37,556 nt of DNA. Source: an uncultured bacterium. GTDB lineage: Bacteria; Cyanobacteriota; Vampirovibrionia; Gastranaerophilales; Gastranaerophilaceae. Within the stretch, counting starts at the first letter, position 1. Each line of letters begins with the position of its first letter. The translations under genes were made by a program, and so were the position numbers. Where the stretch lies: the NCBI GenBank assembly GCA_900320675.1, contig ONTD01000028.1:1-37556 (forward strand), in the 5' to 3' direction. The notes under the pieces were generated by a model. That model was not told the origin of the DNA. It worked only from the letters and a program-made list of their open reading frames with translations, and searched no databases. Positions 33,424-37,556 of this stretch are shown in pieces.

Positions 33424-33888
33424 TTGGGGAAGTTAAAATTGAATAGTACTGCAAGAGTAAGAGAGTATCAATATGAGACACAGGGTTATGCGCAGAACCC
33501 TATAACAAAATCGCAAATTATAGAAGGCTATTTTTATAAAGAAAACTTGTTAAAAGAAATGGCCATCAGAAAGGTGAACATGACATTGTGTTCAATCTTG
33601 GGAGTTTGTGTCATTAGTGCTTTTATAAGTTACTATTTTTCAATGTCTAATGAGATAACTTTAAACACAATTTCAAGACAGGTTACTACCCTAAATGATG
33701 AAAATTCTGAATTGCAAAATCAATTAGACAGGCTAAAATCTTTTAACAATGTTGATTCAATGATGGCTCAACAAAATATTTTGCAAAAAGCTGCTAAAGT
33801 GATAGAGGTCCCTCAAATTGCAGCCGGTGTTGCGGCAAAAGAGAAGAAGGATTTAAAGTTAGCTATTGATTGGTCTGTCGGATATTAA
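33424..33888 (+). CDS. FtsL/DivIC-like bitopic coiled-coil protein
   Basis: It has a single TM helix (LCSILGVCVISAFISYYF) followed by a leucine-zipper-like coiled coil (NDENSELQNQLDRLKS). It sits directly after rsmH, as ftsL does in dcw clusters. The TTG start is uncertain. Confidence 0.55.
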   Translation: MGKLKLNSTARVREYQYETQGYAQNPITKSQIIEGYFYKENLLKEMAIRKVNMTLCSILGVCVISAFISYYFSMSNEITLNTISRQVTTLNDENSELQNQLDRLKSFNNVDSMMAQQNILQKAAKVIEVPQIAAGVAAKEKKDLKLAIDWSVGY

Positions 33889-33922
33889 TATTTGTTAATA
33901 TTTAAGTTGCAATGTAGCAAAA
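33883..33922 (+). promoter_or_regulatory. Degenerate TGTTAA-box variant S5
   Basis: TATTAA-TATT-TGTTAA-N16-TAGCAAAA. The first hexamer is degenerate and the spacer is 16 nt rather than 15. It overlaps the FtsL-like stop codon and lies upstream of the matrixin-like gene. Confidence 0.3.
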
Positions 33923-33949
33923 ATTTGTGTGTGGAGCTTTAAAATATAT

Positions 33950-34495
33950 ATGATAAAGAAAATTTTATTAACATTATTTTTATTGTTTTTTAGTGTTACA
34001 TCTGCGATGGCGTATAGTAATCCGAGATGGTTTAGCATGCCTGTTAGTGTGTATATCCCTAATGCTCCTCAGACGGCAACGGTTATGAAAGCTTTTCGTG
34101 AATGGCAAAAAGATTCAGGCGGTACTGTCAGATTTTTGTTCAGGAGGTCGCATAATACAGAGCGTTTGTCAAAAATTTCAGTGGTGTATGTAGATACACT
34201 CTCAAACGGTGAACCTTATGTTGTTGAACAAAAGTATACCAGTATCGGGAAAAGGCATATGGATACAAGCCGCGGATATTTTTATAAGCTGAGAATAATA
34301 ATTGCCAGACGTTCAGCTAAGGGTAAGTATTTTACTACTGCCCAGACTGAAGCTATTGCTCTGAGAGCAGTCGGTGAGGCTTTGGGAGTCCCTGCTGACG
34401 GTAGTAAAGGAGTTATGGCGGAAACATTCGATTTTTCTAACAGACATTTGCTTAAACAGGATATTGATGCTTTAAACAAAGTCTACAAGAAGTAG
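33950..34495 (+). CDS. Secreted matrixin (M10)-like protein lacking the zinc-binding HExxHxxGxxH motif
   Basis: Signal peptide MIKKILLTLFLLFFSVTSAMA. Matrixin-like blocks are present (RWFSMPVSVYI, AFREWQKDSGGTVRFLF, ISVVYVD, LLKQDIDALNKVY), but the active-site position reads LRAVGEALGVPAD. Confidence 0.55.
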   Translation: MIKKILLTLFLLFFSVTSAMAYSNPRWFSMPVSVYIPNAPQTATVMKAFREWQKDSGGTVRFLFRRSHNTERLSKISVVYVDTLSNGEPYVVEQKYTSIGKRHMDTSRGYFYKLRIIIARRSAKGKYFTTAQTEAIALRAVGEALGVPADGSKGVMAETFDFSNRHLLKQDIDALNKVYKK

Positions 34496-34605
34496 TCGGG
34501 TACTTTTTTTGATTGATTTTTTGTTTAATATATTCAAAAAATAATGCCTGTATAGTATAATGGTTGGGTATTAATGATTTTATAAGAAGTAAGAGGACAT
34601 AAACA

Positions 34606-35937
34606 ATGAAAGATTCAAAACTCCAGATGCAGATACTTATAGCATTAGGACTGGGTATTAAAAGAAACTGGCATATATTTTTCGGTATAATTGCCGGTGT
34701 AGTTGTCGGTATATTTTTACACTCACATGCATATCCGTTGGTATCGACTTTGTTGACATTTATAGGGCAGGTGTTTATAAGGCTGATTCAAATGGTCGTA
34801 ATCCCGCTTGTAATTTCGGCTATAATTATTGGTATTACAAGTATAGGGGACAATAAGCAGCTCGGTAAATTTGGTACAAAGATGATTTTATACTACGGTA
34901 TAATAACGACGGCAGCAGTATCAATCGGAACTGTTCTTGCTTTAATATTTAAACCCGGATTAGGTGCTGCACACTATATTGCGGCAAATAATGCAAGTGC
35001 TGTTCAGGCTTCGGTTGCAACTGCTATGAATCAGCAGCAGGGGCATTTGTTGAGTATGTTTTTGGATTTTATTCCGAGTAATCCTTTAGCGGCTCTTGCC
35101 AGCGGTAATATGGTTGCAATTATTGTGTTTGTCCTGATTTTTGCTATTGCTCTTGCTAAAGTCGGTGATGTGAGCAGACCAATTGTTTCATTTTTTGAAT
35201 CTGTATTCGCAGCAACTATGAAGATAACAGATTGGATTATGTTCTTAGCAGCTCCCGGTGTATTTGCATTAACGGCGTCTGCTGTATCGAGTTTTGGTAT
35301 GCATATATTCGCAAGTATCGGTAAATATTTGTTAGTTTTGGCTATAGGATTTTTCATTCAAATGTTTGTGGTTTATCCGATATTTTTAAGATGTTTTTCT
35401 AAAGTATCAATATGGATGTTGTATTCGGCTGTAGCGGAGGCTTTAATGGTAGCATTCGGAACCGCAAGTTCATCTGCAACTTTACCTTTAACTATTGCGT
35501 GTTGTGAAAAGAGAGGAATTTCTCACAAAATCTCAAGTTTTGTTCTTCCGCTTGGTGCAACATTGAATATGGACGGTACTGCGTTATTACAGGTTGTAGC
35601 GGTTATTTTCCTTGCTCAAGCATACGGAGTTCCTCTTTCTGCATTTTTACTTGTTCAGATTGCTTTGTTAGCAATTATTGCATCTAGTACAAGTGCCGGA
35701 ATTTCCGGAGCGGGACTTATTACTATTGCTTTAATCTTGAATGGAATGGGATTGAGCCCTGAGCAACTTGTTGCAGGATTTGCGTTCCTATTCACTATAG
35801 AAAGGGTAACCGATATGATGAGGACGTTGGTAAATGTCGCTTCTGATGCAGTTGTGGTTGCCGCTATTGCAGATAACGAAAACGAGATAAATTACGATTT
35901 ATTCAACAATCCGGAAGCTTATGAAGAAATTGCATAA
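34606..35937 (+). CDS. Dicarboxylate/amino acid:cation symporter (DAACS family)
   Basis: 443-aa polytopic protein with the family motifs GTASSSATLP and NMDGTAL. Confidence 0.9.
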   Translation: MKDSKLQMQILIALGLGIKRNWHIFFGIIAGVVVGIFLHSHAYPLVSTLLTFIGQVFIRLIQMVVIPLVISAIIIGITSIGDNKQLGKFGTKMILYYGIITTAAVSIGTVLALIFKPGLGAAHYIAANNASAVQASVATAMNQQQGHLLSMFLDFIPSNPLAALASGNMVAIIVFVLIFAIALAKVGDVSRPIVSFFESVFAATMKITDWIMFLAAPGVFALTASAVSSFGMHIFASIGKYLLVLAIGFFIQMFVVYPIFLRCFSKVSIWMLYSAVAEALMVAFGTASSSATLPLTIACCEKRGISHKISSFVLPLGATLNMDGTALLQVVAVIFLAQAYGVPLSAFLLVQIALLAIIASSTSAGISGAGLITIALILNGMGLSPEQLVAGFAFLFTIERVTDMMRTLVNVASDAVVVAAIADNENEINYDLFNNPEAYEEIA

Positions 35938-35959
35938 GTGAAAATAAGTTGACATAAAA

Positions 35960-35989
35960 AGCCCCGAACTTTATATTCGGGGCTTTTTT
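35960..35989 (+). terminator. Intrinsic terminator of the DAACS transporter gene
   Basis: Stem AGCCCCGAA / TTCGGGGCT with a 7-nt loop, followed by TTTTT. Confidence 0.8.
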
Positions 35990-35990
35990 A

Positions 35991-35999
35991 TGCTAGAAT
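35991..35999 (+). promoter_or_regulatory. Extended -10 (TGCTAGAAT) for queF-yraN
   Basis: It lies directly after the upstream terminator. The ~20-nt leader carries the RBS AGAGGGG. Confidence 0.4.
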
Positions 36000-36017
36000 T
36001 ATTTATAAAGAGGGGTA

Positions 36018-36920
36018 ATGATGACTGATAAAATAAATGAAATTGCGTCAAAATTTTTAGGTCAAAAGGTTGGAACTCAAGAGTCCTATGATTCAAATTT
36101 GATAGTTCCTATTCCGAGAGTTTTGAATAGAGAAAGATATGACATATCCGATAAGGATTTGCCGTTTTACGGATTTGATATCTGGCATGCTTATGAGTTT
36201 TCAGCCCTTACCAATAACGGAGTGCCTTTTACCCGTCTGTTAAAGATTAAAATTCCTTGTGAGAGTGAATATATGGTTGAATCAAAATCTTTAAAGTTAT
36301 ATTTGAATTCGTTTAATATGACAAAATTCAAAGATACTATTGATGATAGTCTGAAGACTTGTAAAGATTTGATAGTAAAGGATTTAGCTGAAAAACTGAA
36401 TACACGTATTGAAGCAAATTTTATTGATAATAATGCAAAATTATGCAAGATATTTGATAGATATGAAAATATGGCGGATTTCACAGATGAAAAAAATCTT
36501 GTAATAACTAATTTTAAAGAAGCTCCGGAACTTCTTGAGACTGTTTGCGGGGATATAGTAAAGGAGAATTTTCTGACTTTTGATTCTCTAAGATCAAATT
36601 GCAGGGTTACCCATCAACCCGATTTTGGAGATGTTTTTATTTATTATAAGTCAAAAAGGTGCATAACAAAAACCGGTTTAATCAAGTATCTTACCTCATT
36701 CAGAAACGAATATCATTTTCATGAGGAATGTTGTGAAATGATATTTAAACGTATATCAGATATCCTTGATAAGGATGATAACTTGTTTGTATGTGCTTTA
36801 TATACAAGGAGAGGCGGAATTGATATTTGTCCTGTAAGATGGTCAAAGAATTTTACCCCGCAGGAGCTGTCCAATCTTTTAGATACAACACAATATGCAA
36901 GATATGGGGTAAAACAGTAA
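36018..36920 (+). CDS. queF: NADPH-dependent 7-cyano-7-deazaguanine reductase (two-domain type)
   Basis: 300 aa with the QueF motif ESKSLKLYLNSF and a C-terminal tunnelling-fold half containing HEE. Confidence 0.88.
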   Translation: MMTDKINEIASKFLGQKVGTQESYDSNLIVPIPRVLNRERYDISDKDLPFYGFDIWHAYEFSALTNNGVPFTRLLKIKIPCESEYMVESKSLKLYLNSFNMTKFKDTIDDSLKTCKDLIVKDLAEKLNTRIEANFIDNNAKLCKIFDRYENMADFTDEKNLVITNFKEAPELLETVCGDIVKENFLTFDSLRSNCRVTHQPDFGDVFIYYKSKRCITKTGLIKYLTSFRNEYHFHEECCEMIFKRISDILDKDDNLFVCALYTRRGGIDICPVRWSKNFTPQELSNLLDTTQYARYGVKQ

Positions 36921-37270
36921 TGGATAACAAAAAGGTTGGTAATGCCGGAGAGGATTTGGCGTGCAGATATCTTATAAAGAACGGTTATAAAATTTTGGAC
37001 AGAAATGTTAGGTATTCAAGGTTTTGCGAGATTGATATTATTGCCGAAATTAAAAATACAACGGTTTTTGTGGAAGTGAAAACCAGAACAACAGATAAAT
37101 TCGGGGCTCCGGTTGAGGCAATTACAAAATCTAAATATGAAAATATCAAAAAGGGGATTTATTTTTATCTTGAAGAACACAAGGTTAAAAAATACAGGAT
37201 TGATGTTGTTGCGATAACTCTAAAACCTGAGATGAAAATAGAACACTTCAGAAATATCTCAATGCAGTGA
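36920..37270 (+). CDS. yraN: YraN-family (UPF0102) endonuclease-like protein
   Basis: GEDLACRYLIKNGYKILDRN...EIDIIA...VFVEVKTR pattern. The start is set at ATG 36920 (TAATG overlap with queF) instead of the ORF-track start at 36827. Confidence 0.85.
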   Translation: MDNKKVGNAGEDLACRYLIKNGYKILDRNVRYSRFCEIDIIAEIKNTTVFVEVKTRTTDKFGAPVEAITKSKYENIKKGIYFYLEEHKVKKYRIDVVAITLKPEMKIEHFRNISMQ

Positions 37271-37286
37271 TAGCGGCTAAAAAATA

Positions 37287-37556
37287 CTATACTTTATCTT
37301 GTGCTTGTTTAGATTTTTTGTACTCAAGATATTTTTCGCAAATCCAGTTTGTCGGTTTTACTACAACAAGCGGTACGAAAAATCTGTATACAAAACCAAA
37401 TACCAGAATTGATCTTAAAGCACCAAACCCTTTACTTCTGATTTTTAATTTTTCCAAATCATTAAATACGTGATTTTTACCGTACCTTTCAAGATACTGG
37501 TCTATATTTAATTTTGGTTCAATAAGTTTCCTTACGTAATTTTCAGTTTCTACTGC
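37287..37556 (-). CDS. C-terminal fragment of an unidentified protein (runs off the window)
   Basis: The minus-strand frame is open from the window edge to the TAG at 37287-37289. It translates to ...YVRKLIEPKLNIDQYLERYGKNHVFNDLEKLKIRSKGFGALRSILVFGFVYRFFVPLVVVKPTNWICEKYLEYKKSKQAQDKV, which is more protein-like than the plus-strand ORF 37267-37473. Confidence 0.5.
   Translation of the reverse strand, partial: AVETENYVRKLIEPKLNIDQYLERYGKNHVFNDLEKLKIRSKGFGALRSILVFGFVYRFFVPLVVVKPTNWICEKYLEYKKSKQAQDKV

Noticed and set aside
35990-36017. A preQ1 riboswitch upstream of queF.
   Set aside because: Only about 20 nt separate the extended -10 from the start codon, and they are occupied by the RBS. There is no room for an aptamer.
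37267-37473. A plus-strand 68-aa ORF after yraN.
   Set aside because: It has no RBS and odd composition. The opposite strand is open to the window edge and gives a more protein-like C-terminal fragment ending at 37287.
1-37556. A prophage, transposon, integron or defence island.
   Set aside because: I found no integrase, transposase, recombinase, restriction-modification, toxin-antitoxin, Cas or phage structural genes. I found no long terminal repeats. Gene content and composition look like core chromosome throughout.

Overview
This is an AT-rich chromosomal segment with about 40 genes. I found no rRNA or tRNA genes, no CRISPR array, and no transposase, integrase or recognisable defence genes. 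A TolC-family outer-membrane protein, an MFP plus split MacB/DevCA-type ABC efflux operon, and a signal-peptide SLH-domain protein together indicate a diderm bacterium. The lineage is not determinable from this window. An anaerobic, SLH-using diderm group (Melainabacteria/Vampirovibrionia-like or diderm Firmicutes-like) is only a guess. Gene content by coordinate: 22-2748 holds a PAP2 phosphatase, a sugar O-acetyltransferase, a flavodoxin and an iron-sulfur flavoprotein. 2910-7712 is the tolC-MFP-ATPase-permease efflux operon. 9010-13873 is a minus-strand housekeeping operon (gmk-coaBC-nif3-mutS2), followed by pepA. 15398-18264 is a second minus-strand operon (Gfo/Idh/MocA oxidoreductase, CDP-alcohol phosphatidyltransferase, trmL, nnrD). 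20598-21870 is a self-contained rplF-ORF-rplR cassette detached from any other ribosomal protein gene. The rest comprises an acyl-CoA ligase, the SLH protein, ribF, an operon (transketolase C-subunit, ftsE, ftsX, pseudo-receiver/degenerate GGDEF protein, isochorismatase-family hydrolase), rsmH plus an FtsL-like gene, a DAACS transporter, and queF-yraN. The most interesting signal is regulatory rather than enzymatic. An identical 39-nt promoter-like layout (TGTTAA-N4-TGT(T/A)A(A/C)-N15-8-mer) occurs at four intergenic sites and differs clearly from the six sigma70-type promoters I read elsewhere in the window (five with an exact 17-nt spacer, one with two alternative -10 hexamers). Three sites precede unusual low-complexity proteins: a 172-aa Q/M/Y-rich coiled-coil protein, a 645-aa N/Q/A/K-rich protein, and a Pro-rich/HEAT-repeat protein. 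The fourth drives an orphan transcription unit that ends at an intrinsic terminator and has no ORF, making it a candidate ~145-nt sRNA. That sRNA's CU-rich patch is complementary to the 5' leaders of two of the box-controlled genes. Its GA-rich blocks resemble the leader of the third. All transcription start sites, the regulon and the RNA-RNA pairings are inferences from sequence only.
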